Shown: positions 12,462 through 26,900, counted from the stretch's first letter. The stretch is DNA of 64,000 bases from Takakia lepidozioides (GCA_030704615.1 CM060732.1:35960001-36024000); one strand, 5' to 3'. Program-made: numbers and translations. Notes: generated by a model not told the origin, from the sequence alone.

Positions 12462-15400
12462 ACCGGAGACGCTGTTCGACTGGTGTGCACCCCTATATGC
12501 CCTCTGCCTCCTGTTTCTATGGTTCGAGTGTGGTCGTTCTACTTGGTACCTGTCACACGAAACAAATATTAGAGTGTGGGAGGAGAGTGTATTACCACTT
12601 TCCTCCCATCTTCCTGCAATGTCCTATGACAAACTACATAAATTTATCTGGACCCATGCTGGGCATCGTTACAGCTGTTGTGGGTGGGAAGAAGAATGTA
12701 GATTCAAGTGCTTTTGTGTTGCTGGTTTGTATCACTATGCCATGCAATGTACAGAACAGTTTTTTCTGGTTGTGCAGGTGTTGGTGGTGGAGGAGCTGAC
12801 ATTGAGTGCAGGAGGACTGGACTTGTTGACTGGAGCGACCTGGCGTTTGCTTCCAGGGCAGCATACAGGCCTGGTGGGCACCAATGGCTGTGGCAAGTCC
12901 ACATTGCTTCGTGCACTGGTGGGTCAGGCTGATGTCCAATCAGGAGTCATTGCACTGGCTCCAAGCACTTCAGTGGCGTACTTAGAGCAAACGTGGGTCC
13001 TACATTTCTCTTGTCATTCATAGCTGGCATGGTTTCGTCAGTGGTGGAATACCACTTAGGTAGGAGACAAGGACAATTCAGGTCTCCTTCATATTTATAT
13101 TCTTTCAAACTGCCAAAGTGCAGTCAGGTCAGGAGCTTCAGTGTGACATGTTGGCCTTTCACCACATGCGTGGATTGATAGAGGGACTTTGAAGCAAAAA
13201 AATACTACAAGATATTCCTATGTACTACCCACACTGTTGTCTGACTGGAAAGTAGAACTCCTGGTAGGGACTTTCCCTCAGCTGTTTGAGAATGCAAGTG
13301 CAGTGCCTGAGGTCCTTGAAGCCGGTATGCGCAGGGCAGTTTCTGGGTCGACTCGAACCGTCTGGGACGAGGCAAGGTCCCGCATGGTGGCTCTTAATGC
13401 AGCGCTCCAAGAGTTAGAAGCTGCAGAAACTGCAGTGGAAAGGGGCGTAGAAGGTGCAATTGTCCGCTTGGCCAATGCGCAGGAAAAGGTGGAGGCTATG
13501 GATGGCCACCGAGCTGATGAGATCATTGCTGGGTGAAGACCTGTTTCTGGCCTCTTTGCAGTGCATCTGTCAGTCCTTGTTGTCACTTGCCACCTGGAGA
13601 TGAATTTGGGTGTCATTAGTCAGACTGACTGTCGTATTGGACAAGAGTCACTCAATGGTGGCAGGCTAATTAGGAGCATTCAACAGTGGTGTTTTTCTTT
13701 CCATTTTCCACTGCTTGGCACATTCATGTCTGAGACTGCCTGCAAGTGGTTAAGTTCGCAACTTTGGAAAACTTACATGTAGAGTTCAGAGGACAAGTTG
13801 AAAGCCTCGAAGCTGCACAGTGTGTTGTTTAGATACTTCATATTTTACTGCAGCTGATCTGATCCAGTTCTCTCGTCATGGAACTGTGACCAGAGTTTTG
13901 AATGGGTTAGGGTTCCAACAGTCCGACTGGACGAGATCCTGCATGGACTTCTCAGGTGGATGGCAAATGCGAATAGCACTAGCAAGGCTGCTGTTGGAAG
14001 AAAGGTCTCATTTGGGTGAATCACTGCTTCTGCTGGATGAACCCACCAACCATCTTGACACCAGGGCTAAGGTGGGCAAAATACAAAGGTGTCCTTTCTC
14101 ATACATGGCATAGGTGAATTTACGGCCTTTTACATATTTGCAGGTATTGTCCATCTGTGATTTGCTCTGTAGATGTGGAAGTGATTGTTTCAGTGCAGTC
14201 CCATCTCAGCAGCACCCAAGGGGAGGGAGGAAGACGGGGTTATTTCATAGTAGAATTACGGGAGGTTATTCAAACTTCCCTCCTGAGTGGGTCGGTTGTG
14301 ATTGCACATGCAGGAGTGGCTTGGCAGGTATCTGCGCGGGGTAACAGCAGCGGTGGTTGTAGTGAGTCACGAGCAGGACTTCGTGGAGAAAGTTTGTAGT
14401 CACATTGCGGAGGTATCTGTTTTCCTTCTAGTTCCAGCGCATGGTTTCCTTTATACAGCCTCAACTGCATCATCAGCTGGTAGATAAACAATTGCACAAC
14501 TTTCATGTAGGAAGCAGGTTCTTTAACTCTTACAGAAGATGTGTGTGGTTATTCTGCAGATTCAGGGAGGCCAATTGCATCACTATGTTGGGAATTACTC
14601 GAGTTTTTTGCGAGCACGTGCAGCCCGGCAGTTGCAGGCTTCCCAAGCATACAAGGCGAAGCAAGCGGAGATTGAGCGTTTGCAAAGCTTTGTCGACCGC
14701 TTTGGAGCAAAGGCCACCAAGGCGTCAGCTGCCAATTCCAGAAAGAAGCAAATTGAGCGGATCAAAGAGGAGATGCCAGAGGTTGCCCCCACTGAAGGTG
14801 TGTCCGTCATTTGTACTCCTGTCTTTTTGAAATATTTCTATTTTTGGCATGTTTGATGGCATGTCAAGACCGATTGTCTGACAACTGCCAGAGTTACAGT
14901 TTGGGTGAAGTTTGTATTGATGGTTCGGAGATTCAGCTAGGTGGCCTTTACACTTTTCCAAATAAGGATCACAAAGAATAATCTGGAATACAACTGACAG
15001 GGAAAATATGGGAAATGCAGATCTTGGTGCATCAGGAGGGGATAAGCGCTCAGTGAAGATGAAATTGCCCAGACCTCCACCATGTGCCAGAGAGGTGCTG
15101 CTGCTACGCAAGGCGCAGATAGGGTGGGACACAAGTGCGTCCTTACTTCATGATGTTGACATGCGCCTGGAGAAGGGCATGCGACTGGTATACTACCCAC
15201 ACTTGATCTCGTGGACCAAGAAGTGAGAGAGGATTGTGACCATGATGATGGATGTATGCTTCAGACAATCCTTGAAATTAAGGAGAGAAGCCAGGTGGCT
15301 GAATCAGCAATTACTTGACATTTAAGCCTCCCTGAGGTAGCTTATGGTTATCCAGGATGCCTGTCGCAAGTCCTTAAGACCTGAAAGTAGTAGTCGTTTT

Positions 15401-18117
15401 GTGGTGCATGTTTTTAAAGAAGTCTTTTTTGATGAGAAAGCTTTGGACAGAAGGCAAGGTGAAGTAATAATGTAAGGTCGCCTCGAGAATAATCGTTGTG
15501 CTGTCTGATTTCCATTATCCTGTCAGCAATTCGGGAGTATGGTTAGAACTGATACAAACAGCTGCGCTTCTGTCCAGGTGATTCTAGGACCAAATGGATG
15601 TGGGAAGTCTACTCTGATGCGGGCCATGGCTGGTAGAGGAGGGCTGCTAGCTGGTGTCCGTGAGGTTGGTATGGGAGTGGAGATTGGAGTCTTTACTCAA
15701 GACCTTGCGCAGGATTTGCCTACTCACATCTCAGGCCTGGAATTTGTCCTCCAAGTTTGCTCCGCCCCTTTTTTGCCTTTGTCGATTCCAACTGCTCTGC
15801 ATGCCTGGACTCTTTAGTATTTTACGGAATATGTTTTTGGCATGTCTCCATGAGGAAAAGTGTTTCTTTGCTAAACACTCTACACGGCTCTCCTAACTAC
15901 ATTGTCTGTCCAAAACTGCATCTGTGGATTTTTCTGTCTTAGTTTTATTTAATTATTGTTATTCTGCTGTCAGCTCGAGTTTTTTGTGTCGGTCTTTGGC
16001 TCTTTTTCCCTGGTTCTGTTTCTTGCTTTAAGTGAATTTTACGTTATCATTATCACTGGCATCCTATTCCAATGCACAACCGCAGATTGAAGGTTGGTGG
16101 GGTTCATGTGGTTTCCAGGTAGCAAGGGAGACAGATGCCAGCATCACAGATGAGCAGGCACGCACTGCACTAGGATCCCTGGGCCTAAGTGGAGACGCTG
16201 CCCTTCGTCCCATTCGTGCTCTCTCTGGTAGTCATTCATGCTCAAACCATAGTTGAGGTGTGCTTTTTAGGTTGCCTGTTTTCTGTTGGTTTATGTCTAG
16301 CATCTTGTAAGGCTCTGGATGCTGTGTGGTTAGGGGGTGTGCATTGAACTCGTCATTGGTAGGTGTGTTACCAGGTTGATAGTTAGGTCCCTGGTTCTTT
16401 TCATTTGTTCTTTCCTTGTTTGGCTTGCTTTAAACTTTGTGTGCTGTCTTTTCAGCCATCTTTTCTGCTTCATTTGTACTGCTAAAACTGTTTCTTGACT
16501 GAGTAGTCCTGTTACCCTTCCGGAAAGATGACACAAACCTCAAATGTTTTGTACTCACTGTAGGGAATTGATGAAGTTAGTGTGGCTTTCCAGCTGCTAG
16601 TCATTGGTATTCAAGGAATGGTTGGATTGCCCTGTCCTCTGACATTGACTGTGGTACAGTCAATGCTACAGTCATCATTTGACTGTTGTTCCATTGGTCA
16701 TCTACGTCTTCTTCTTTAATAGAACATCTTTTGTTGCCTTGGATATGGTCTATCTTCTTCCTTCCATTGGTCCCTTTTCCGACGTAAGCCTTGAACTCCT
16801 CCACTGTCACATGTATATGATATTTTCCCTAAAGCTTTTGTTAGTGATCGGATATGACAGCTTCATTGTAGCTATCACAGGTGATCTTTATCATTTAGGC
16901 TGTGATTTGCAGTTGTCATTCCAAAGTCTCTACATGAGGAAAGGTATAATGTGGTAGTCTACTTGCAGTCATTGGCCATCCTTGTGTTTTTAGGGAAGAG
17001 GTGAATTGATTGCTCCATGTGGTGATTGTGGCAGGGGGTGAAAAAGCGCGGGTAGCACTTGGGGTGTTCATACTCCGGCCATACAATTGCCTGATGCTAG
17101 ATGAAGCTAGCAACCACCTTGATCGCCCCTCAGCCATGGCTCTGGCACAGAGCCTGAGTACATTCCAAGGTGCATTATATTTTTTCACAAAAAATGCAGG
17201 TCTGCTCTAGTTATGAAGGGAAAGGACACAGTTGAGAGGTGAGGAGAAAGGGAAGGAGTTTATGATGTAGAAGATAAGTCGGGTGAGATCTGAATTGGGA
17301 GCTGAAGTTGGAGTCACTCGGTGATGAGGTACAGGTGCAATGGTGGCAATCTCTCATGATATTCAGTTCTGCCAAGCAATAAAACCTACTCATGTTGCCA
17401 GAGTGGGGCCAGACGGATCAGTCACAGTCAGCCTTTGTATTGACAGCGACTTGGGAACCGAGGGTCAGGGTATATCTGCTGCCACTAAGAAAAAGCCAAG
17501 TAATGACAAACCTGGTTTGCAAGTTGGTCTTGCTAAGGAGCGCAAACGTGCTGCTATTGCTGTCGCTGATGCTCCTGTCCTTGAAGCTCCAAAAAGAAAG
17601 CAGCAGGTAGGAGATTGACTGGTCACTTACCCACCTGCTTATCACTGGTGCACATATCCACGTTTGGGACTGTAGGATCTCAGGAGATGCATTTTGTCAA
17701 CCAAGTGAGTTGGTGTGGTAAGCTCTAGTGCATCATGGTATTTGAAGAGTTTTTAGGTATGTCTCCTCCAATTGAAAGATTACTTTCTTCTAGGCAATTC
17801 CTACAAATGTTTCAATCTCTGCCGCACCACCAGGCACAGAACATGGCATGCATGATTAGCGGGGCAATTCGACAGGATCTGCCTGATAAGGGGATTTGTG
17901 TTTGCAGATTCAAGCTCAGATTAAGAAGAATCTGGTGCTCATTGAGAAGGCTGAGACGGTGTTGCAAATGCTTGACAAAGAGATGATGGAAGCAGGCAGC
18001 AATGCAGAGAAAGCTCTGGATGTTCACATTAGAAAGCAAGCTATTGAAAAGAGGAAGACCGAACTTGAAAGGCAGTGGGAATCTCTTGAGGAAGAATACC
18101 AGCAGATTCCTGCATGA
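12047..18117 (+). CDS. ABC-F family ATPase (two ABC domains, no TM domain, C-terminal helical extension), probable plastid transit peptide; 12 exons
   Basis: Approximate exons: 12047-12421, 12778-12992, 13335-13532, 13894-14071, 14314-14412, 14560-14797, 15021-15187, 15578-15754, 16119-16227, 17035-17169, 17334-17606, 17908-18117, with GT-AG borders. Walker A GTNGCGKST and GPNGCGKST; signatures FSGGWQMR and LSGGEKAR; Walker B LLLDEPTNHLD and LMLDEASNHLD; H-loops VSHE and ISHD. Ser/Arg-rich N-terminus. Confidence 0.92.
12429..12460. repeat. (CT)n microsatellite at the start of ABCF intron 1
   Basis: ctctctctct... run directly visible. Confidence 0.9.
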
Positions 18118-19095
18118 GAGTACTTAATGCCTGTGCCGCGCTCCTCACCCTCTTCTCCATCCGTTGCGGTACCGACCACCAGATGACCAGCATTTCAACT
18201 CGCAATCCTCCACCTCGATGTGAATTGAAAGTCCAACAACACCCACCGCTTCTTTTGTTGCTTCAAGGAACTTATCGACTCCCCTGGGGTCTAAAAGCCT
18301 AATACCATACAAGGAGAGTTTAAAGAATATTCACTGATTGAATGTATCCATCCAGGTACATGATTCTTATGGTGCATCAATTAAGGTTCATGCATCAGTG
18401 GCACTGAAGATCTGGTTTTCATTCTTTTTGGGCTTCAGTGCATGGCAGACTCTTAACAACCCAAAATGATTATAGATCTGATCTACAGTTGGTTTTGTTC
18501 ACTTGAGAACCCTATTGTAAAGCAAGCTTGAGTGGTGAACCGACTGCATAACTAGAGAGAGCATGACTGTATGTTACTAATACTTGTTCAATTAAGAAGC
18601 AGCTGAAACCAATCCTATGAACAGGCTGACTGTCAATAAGGAATGTCGAGACTACAAGCCTACACTTTTGAAAAATCCCCTCTTCTCCATGGAGTTTTAC
18701 TTGGGTGAGTTGAGAAATAAAGGAAGTACCTTTTCGAAAAGATGGATCAATGAAGGTGGCTTGCTGCTCATGACAATGTCAGCTACACATGGGTTCTCAA
18801 GTTGCCCAATGTTTAAGTTTCCGCCCAGGGACTTTGAAGCAGTAGTTTGCTGTAGAGACTTTGGAATGACAACTGCAAATCACAGCCTAAATGATAAAGC
18901 TCACCTGTGATAGCTACAATGAAGCTGTTATATCCGATCACTAACAAAAGCTATCCCTCCAGCACCCCCCACACTTTCCTCCAGATTGAACGGTACTCTT
19001 GTTTCGAGCTTCATAAATAATTTGATTTTAATTCAAATTCCTGTTCTAATAATATAATATATGACACCTTCCCAAGGAAGCATAAAGTATGGTGT

Positions 19096-19231
19096 CTCTT
19101 GACCCCAAAGAGCTACTGCCTTCTGGTAAGAAGGTGGACACCTTTGTGACAACAATCGGTGGATTGAACTTGAACCCATAGCCCACTTCCCCGGTGGTAT
19201 ATGCCCATTACCACCACCACTCGGCTACAAC
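19096..19231 (-). mobile_element. tRNA-derived SINE-like copy 1
   Basis: Minus strand reads GTAGCCGAGTGG (A-box-like) ... GGGTTCAAGTTCAATCC (B-box-like) ... AAAGGTGTCCACCTT...GAAGGCAGTAG...GGGGTCAAGAG; homologous to 19529-19640. Confidence 0.6.
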
Positions 19232-19528
19232 TTGGTTGTCTCTTGTTCTACATTCTTCCATGGCGGCGGAAAAGCACTGGCCTTGTAAGTGTGATCTCCC
19301 ACAGCAGAATTTTTCCGTCGTGAGTCATGCCCTCCACGGAAGACCCACTGGAAAATCTTAAAGTTAGAGGGATTCCCAAGATCCAAATAGTACATACCTC
19401 GAAAGTACTAATGATTTAATCACTTCAACTATTCTTTCAAAAAAGAATTTTTTTAGTAAGGCGCGGTTGAGTCTGATTGAATTCCTACAAAAATTGTGCT
19501 TCGGTCAGGTTTAAGTGTGTATGCCTCA

Positions 19529-19640
19529 TTGTAGCCCAGTGGTAATGGGCCCATACCACCTCCTAAGTGGTTCTACCAATTCCTGTCGCAAAGGTGTCCA
19601 CCTTCCCGCCGGAAGGCAGTAGTCCTTGGGGGTCAAGAGG
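19529..19640 (+). mobile_element. tRNA-derived SINE-like copy 2 (inverted relative to copy 1)
   Basis: GTAGCCCAGTGGTAATGGGC...CAAAGGTGTCCACCTTCC...GAAGGCAGTAG...GGGGTCAAGAG, followed by a poly-G run. Confidence 0.6.
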
Positions 19641-20299
19641 GGGGGGGGGGGGGGGGGGGTCGGAGTCCATAATTTACGCTTCCTTGAATCCTTGGGGAGG
19701 CATCATACCGGAGGGTTTATTTTTTTCCCTCCAATAATTTCAAATGATGGCCTTCTACCAGGTTTGTTTTCCCTCAATGATGCTCAAAGGGCCTCTGTCC
19801 CCTTTTATTTAAAAAAAAACACAAAACAATTTCAAATAAAACTTAAATTTGCCCAGTCACTTCCGTCACCTTTATCCTTTATCATCCAAGTATTTAGAAT
19901 ACCTGGATGAGAAATAAGGATAATTACTGGATAGGATGGTAAAAGGACGGTACTGACAAATGCCAGGACTGGACAATCACAGTGCCTGTTACCCTGACCA
20001 TCCAAGAGGCCATTATTGAGGACCCACCCTGCTAATATACCGGTGCCACAGTAACTCACCTACTAATTACCACCACCTGGTAGTTTCCTGGGTAATCCAG
20101 AGAGGATGGCTTAGTGAGTTGATTAGCGCTCAAGAGACGTAATTAGTCAGTTTCCCGTGGGCGAGTGAGCGCGTTTAGTAACCACGATATTTTGGGCAGG
20201 CAAGCGTCACCAAGATGAATGAACCAAAATATCATCCGTTAACGCTTCCTTCATCCGTCGGGAACCTCATCATCCTGGTTATAACGGGAAGCTGCCGTG

Positions 20300-20420
20300 C
20301 CGTCGTTGGTCCATGGACGAAGAACTGGAGTTTCATCCACAGTTGTCCAGTTGTGCGACCGTCGTTGGTCTATGGACGAAGAACTGGACTTTCATCCACA
20401 GCGAGTGTCCAGTTGTGCGA
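20300..20420. repeat. Tandem duplication of about 59 bp upstream of the 20994 gene
   Basis: CCGTCGTTGGTC(C/T)ATGGACGAAGAACTGGA at 20300 and 20359. Confidence 0.9.
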
Positions 20421-20993
20421 GAAGGGGCAAGTAGGACTGGAGTGTTGGGAAGGGAAGGGGGGTTACTTGGGAAGAATATGTGCAAAGGAACTCTCGGGCA
20501 GAGAGCCGCGTGCTTGCCTGTTGTTTTTGTCAGGCCTTTGCTTTGCTTTGCTTTGCTGCAGCTGATGAGCTCTGAGGAGTTGTGGTAGCTATCCAATTGA
20601 ATGAAGATACAGGGCCACAGTGCATGGAAGGTAGGTTTCTTGAGCTATGCAGTGGTGTGAGATGAAGGGACGGAGTATTGGGTAACGATGCCATGGGGGG
20701 TTGCTTTGAACTAGTGGTGAGAGTTAGATTGCTGAATGCAGCAATGGGGTGTCGGATAGGTTGCTCAGAAAGATGGAGGTGAGTGTCATTCCAGAGATGG
20801 CAGGTATGAATCACACAGTGATGATGCAGATCTGATGGATTCATATAGCAGTTTGGTTGTGGCTGTTGGTTCCACTCCCTCGAAGTTTTTTTCCTCTTAT
20901 ATCCCCGCTCTTCCGTCAGTACCTGTGGAGCTGCACTAAGGGTTCTGCCTCGTCTCTCTGTGCTTTATTGTGGAAGATGTGGTAGAACCAAGT

Positions 20994-23900
20994 ATGGCTG
21001 TTGCCGGGGCAGCGGAGGTAGTAGGATCGTATGGTGGGGAGTTCCGATCGCAACCACCTGATCCAGGTCGAGTGGAGGCGGAGCTGCGTGAGAAACTTGG
21101 GTCTATGGAGCTGGCAGTCAACCCGCCGGCCGAGCGTGAGGTGAATCCCTGCTGCTCCTTCCAGGTCAAGGGTATTGGGCACTCCACGGTTTTCCGACAA
21201 AGGGTTGGCCTCCCCTGTTAGTACTTTTCTGTCTACTATCAGAGAAAGGCTGGGAGAGAAGTGGAAGATCGTCCGGGTGGTTGTTTGACACAAACGCCCA
21301 CTCACATGTCCTTGAGTGAGGATCCATTCATCCCCGATTCTGTGGGCAATCGCCCTTAGAATCAGCACCGAGTGTGTATGTATTTATATATATTTAGGTG
21401 CATCATCTGGCTTGCCTACACTAGTCTTAGCAGACATGTGCTGGTATGCATATGATTTCCATTCTGATCCAGGGACGTCTGTGGGTGGGTTGCTGCAAAC
21501 TGTGCATGTGAAGGATTTGGTGCAAGTTTTAGAGGCTGCGGAGTCTGCCATTCGCGAGCAGGTGAGATTGAGGGGCTTGATTGATGTGGGCAGGGTATAC
21601 AACTGTAGGTGAATGTATCATTTTCCTTGCGGTGCTACTCTCTTGCAGGGCTCTGGCTCTGATTATTGTTGTGACAACATCTGATATGTTGGAAGACCGT
21701 CAAGAGGAGGAGTATAAAAAGATTGCGTGGTGCAGATGCAGGAAAATGTTCACTTGAAGTCCACTCTCAGAGCCACAGAATTGGAGCTCCACAATTTTGT
21801 AAGATTCCTTTGTTGGAGGAATTTGTTTATGTGCTGTAATTTTCCCGTTGTTGATTAGAAGTTGTTGAGTTAACTTGAAGAGCCGGTAAACACTTCTCTA
21901 CAGGAGCACTGAGTAGGATGCACATTGTTTGTCAATGCCAATGTTTATTATCTCATGTAGCCTCTTGTCGAAATTTTGGAGCCAGCCCTTCGATTGCCAA
22001 GTATCCGCTTACAGTTGTGCGCACCTGAATATTACTGCCAGCCATGGCCTCTCCAATTTGACAGGTAGTTGCTGCTTGAGTTTACAAGCTCCTGCTGGTG
22101 GATGAAGGCCCTCACTTGTGTATTTGATGGCTACACTGACACATGTGTATGGCAGAAACTTGATCAATCAAGGCAAAGTGGTCCCCAGGGCTATCAGCCC
22201 CCCCATCAATCCTCTCAGAGACTGCATGCTGGTGGTCGTTCGGGTGGACGTATAGAAGGGCAGGGGAGCGCCCATCCAATAGAGTATCAAAATGGGTCAT
22301 TGTCCTTGCCAGGTGATGTACCCGTGGCAGGTCGGCAATTAAGCAATGGCAGCAATGGCAGTAATGGCATAGCCTCTAGAGGCACAATTCACAATGGGCA
22401 GCCTATTGTTGATTCTGGCAGCTTTTCGCGGCTCTCAAATGAATCCTCCTGCTCAGTTTCCCCACGTGGGTATGTTTTGCACATTGTTTTGGCTGGATTC
22501 AAATGATACCCAACGTTGTTATTTTGCAGTTTAGGTTAATGGGTGTGCTCCATGGATTCTGCAGCAGTTCTTACATGCCACTTCCATCAGTAGACATACA
22601 AGAGTTATTACTTCACACAGAAGTGCCTGCATCATTGGGTTGGTGCCACTCGGACACTGCACATCAAGCATTGCTTTACAGATAAAAGTACTGTTTATGG
22701 TCAAAATAGTACCAACTATTACTGGTTAAAATTACTCGTACTGGAATACTAATTTTAAGTGAGTTATAAATAGCTGCTGGTTCTGACATGCAGGCGGCGT
22801 AGAGAAAGGGAGACAGACATGCGGCCGCAGTCAATCCAGGGACAGAGTTTCTTGTCGGACATGCCAGAAACCAACAATCACATTACATATCGTCCACAGG
22901 TGCTGTTTCCCTCACAGGCTTGCCTTTCTACATGTGCACCATTTTCAGTGTATTCACTCTTACCTAGGTAGGTTATTTGGGGGTCTAGATTCTCTGAGAT
23001 GCATTGCAAAGAGGTGGACTACATCTTGAGCTAGATCCAAACAGGGGAAGGAATGTCAATAATTTTAACAATTTGCAAAACAGCCTTGACTGCATAACTG
23101 CTTCCTGGCAATCTTGGTCTGATAGGCCCCCCATGCTTGAGACTTACAGTCACATCATAAGGTTGTTGTGTCAAATGTTGAATGGATTACGAGGTGTGAG
23201 AAGCTTGCTGTTGTATCATGGCACAGGATATGATGGTAAGGGTGCCGGACGATGATGTGGTGAGGATGCGGGAACGACTACTAGATGCCTCCATCAAGGC
23301 AAGTTGGCCGGCAACCCTTCTCCTCCTCTTTCTGCTTTGTGTTTGGGTCCTCTCTGCAGTAAACTAGCAAACTAGGAGAAAAATGGGCCCAGCAATTCCT
23401 GAGCTAGTTTTGGGATTTGTTGTATCACTCTCTTAACACGCCCAAGGATACTAGTTGGATGAAGGTAGGTCCTGAAGCTTGTGCATCCAACAGCAGTGAA
23501 TAATTGATCTTGGCAAAAAAAAATTGAGGGTTAATTCTGAAGTACTGAGAGGTGTGCTCATGTCTGTATTTTGGATGCATGGAGAGGGAAGAAGAGGTAT
23601 TTTATTGAGTCGATGGGAGGCCAGACGGCCGATGGGGTACACTATAATGGCAAGCGAAAACATAACGAGTTTCTCAGAACCCCCAAGATGTTACTCAGAG
23701 ACAGTGCCTCGTCTAGGTTAGCATATGAGAGAGGGGTATATGAGATAAAGAAGTTCTGTTACATGCCCAGAGGGCCCAGAGAGACAGAGTATATCAGAGA
23801 GGGCAGTATCTTTTTGTATCAAAGAACATGACTATAAGACTGCTTTTTCCTGTTGGGGTCATACTCGAAAATTTCGCAGTCTGGGTTCCATTTATCTATG

Positions 23901-26900
23901 GGATAGTCTTGGCAGTGTTAAGGCAGTCTTCAGCATTGGTGTTGTCAACCTATGGTGTTATTCCGTCTGTGGAACGGACTTGGGGCAGGTGGCCTTACTT
24001 GGGGTTGTCACGTTGTTTTCGGGCATCAGGAAGCTCAGATGCTGAGTGATAAGAGGATACTGGAGCGACGGGTGGCCGAACTACGACTGGTTGGTACCCT
24101 TCTACCTAGCCTTGAGTGATCTACTCTTGCGGCATATTGACAATGGTGAAGACTTGTAATCTTCCAACCCATGATTTGGTTGGGACAGGCTTATGATCAG
24201 CAGCAGCAGGGGCTTGTGGACGCAGCTTCCAAGGCCTTGTCATACCGGCAGGATATTCTGGAAGAAAACATCCGCCTCACCTATGCTGTCCAGGTCTGTG
24301 ATTTTTGTTCAATGATCTTACCTCCTTCTTTTGCAACAGTTGGCCAACTTAGCCCTGTTATGTCCTGAGTTGTAAGCATTATATGGTGAGACTCTCAAAA
24401 GGATTGCAGATGGGTGCAGGTGGCAGAACAGGAGAGAGCAGTTTATGTGCAGTCGTTGATGCCTTTGTTGGCTGAATTTGACTTGCAACCTCCGGTCACT
24501 GATGCCCACTCGATGGTCAGTCACATCAAGGTTGGTTATGGTTCTCTGTACTTTTCACCATTTCCTTTTGGGTACTGTCTTTGTGTTGAACGCCTCGACT
24601 CATTTGCTGGATAACCCTTGGCATCAAGCCACGGGAGTCCTGAGCTGCAACCTTGCTTTGTGTTATTTTCCAAATTAACTATTGTGGAGTAGGCTGTAAG
24701 ATTGAATGGCATTTTGCCTTACGGAACCAATTTGAAGGGTAGGAGCAGGACAAGTTGTCCGTTCATAGATGAAGGATAAATGTCTTCATTCTGAAGGGCT
24801 AACTAAAAATTAAAATTTCATGTCTAACTATAAATAGTGGACACGGTAAATGGTCTATAGAGTTGCAGTAGCAGGTCCCACAATGGCCTTATTTAATTAG
24901 GATCGTGTGCATGCAATTTGGGCAAACATGAGGGGCTACAAACTGTTTATTTGAGTAGGATTTACACAAGAGTCTTGAGCATCTCTGTGGCATGAAGACC
25001 TCCAACATGATTTTAGTATACTGTGGTGCTCTCATATAGTTGCTGACTATCAATTCAGTAGCACGAAGAGGTCTGACAATATCTTCGTGTAAGCACAGAA
25101 GTTCCGTTTCATATGAAGTATATTGGTTGCGGTGGCGGAAGTCTTGAAGGAAGGAATGATGTGCTGAGGCAAATTCGACTATTTTGTTTGTGCTTTTTGG
25201 ATCTGTTTTGCATCGGATTGCCTTTGGCAGATTGACATACCCAACCATTCTGACAGTGTCTAGAATCTATAGTGGTTTGAGGAGGGAGAGCAATCCCTGA
25301 CTTCTCAGGATTGTTTGAAAGGGTCGATGGAGTCCTGCCCATGTTTGTGTAGTCTCTGCTTGAATGTAGACTGGGTTATGTGCTAGGTAGACTCAATAAC
25401 ACAAGCAATCATGGGAATTGACAGATTCTCGTGCAGAAGCTGCGGTCAGAGTTGGAACTTTTTGAGGTACACTGCATCCTCTCAAAAGTTTTGGGAATCA
25501 GATTGCAGTATTTTGGTCATTGTTGCCATTCAATTTATAATGTGTTTATGGTTTGGCTGCACACGAGTTATTTCATCCTTTTCTTGTTAAGCACTGCACT
25601 TGTTGGGAGTTTGGTTGGCTTTTCCTCGCTTCTGAAGTTTGTCACTTGTTTGACATGTGACTCATCCGTCGAGGATTGATGCAGAATAAGGTGAAAGAGT
25701 CACAGTACTACCGGCCACCATGGAATGCAGAGCCCCCTTATCAGCCTCCTACATCCTACACTCCTCCCCCTCAGTCTCCTCCCTTTACAGTGAGTCTTGT
25801 CTTTCTTTTTCAGCCACAAATTGGCAGTTCTTTTCTTCCTAAGGTTTCAGTGTTAAACTGATGTTAGGGCATAGCTTCAGAGTAGGTGAGTCTCAAAGCT
25901 TTTGATTGTTGGGAAGATGAGCTGGAGATAAGGGATGTCAATATGCATGTTGGTTCCAGTAATACTATACAGGGAATCGCTGTGTGCACGTTTCTCTCCA
26001 GTGGTCCAATTGCTTTGACCGGGTTTTCCCAATTTCTGCAGTGACCTAACTAGGTGAGAATTGTTGGGACTTCAGCTTTGATTACCTTCAAGGCTCAAGT
26101 AGTCATCAATGGTGCATTGGAGCTCACCAGGGTGTGCTGTTTTGAATAGGGCCATGGTCTAGAGATTGTGCCATCTTATGTGGGAAGGCCTCCATCCCCA
26201 TCACCACTCCAACATGCTGGACCCAGTTGGGAATCAGGGGTTTCTTCTCCATACGCTCCAGCAAGCGATGATAACCCACAACAGGCCGCTTACAACGCAC
26301 CAGCGTAAGCGTCACCTTGGAAAGGGCTTCCTTAGCGCTCGCAGCCTGTTAGTTTGCCACACTGCACTTCTGTTTGTAGATATTGAGGCTCACACTGAGC
26401 ATAGACAGGATATGATCTGTAACATTGAGTGAATAGGACGGTGTAATTGTTCTTCACTGTGATTTAGGCACCATCTAACCTACAGTGAAGTGTCAATGTC
26501 AACAGTGTACTGAGGTCACCTATGAGTGGGTTAGAGTTGATGTGCCCTCATCCAAGTTGCAGCGCTGTTTCAGAATCTGTACTTCTCAGCCACCTAACAG
26601 TGCTACATGTAGTTGTTGCAAAGTGGAGATTGGGTTGGGAATTGTTACATCTGATTGCTTGAGAGATCATTTTGCAAGCAGGTGAAGGCTGTATTTATAT
26701 GTAAATTTTGGCTATCTATTCTCTGGCAGTCAAAGTAGTCCAGGGTGCTAATTCATAAATCATACCAGTGAGTTTTACTTCTTGTCATAGGTTGACAGGA
26801 TCGCAACGGACAGCATCACGTGCAATTGTGCCCCATGAGACAATGGACAGCAGGGGGCTGCAGCAGCCTTCTGATGTCTTTAGTGATGTTGAGGGTGATG

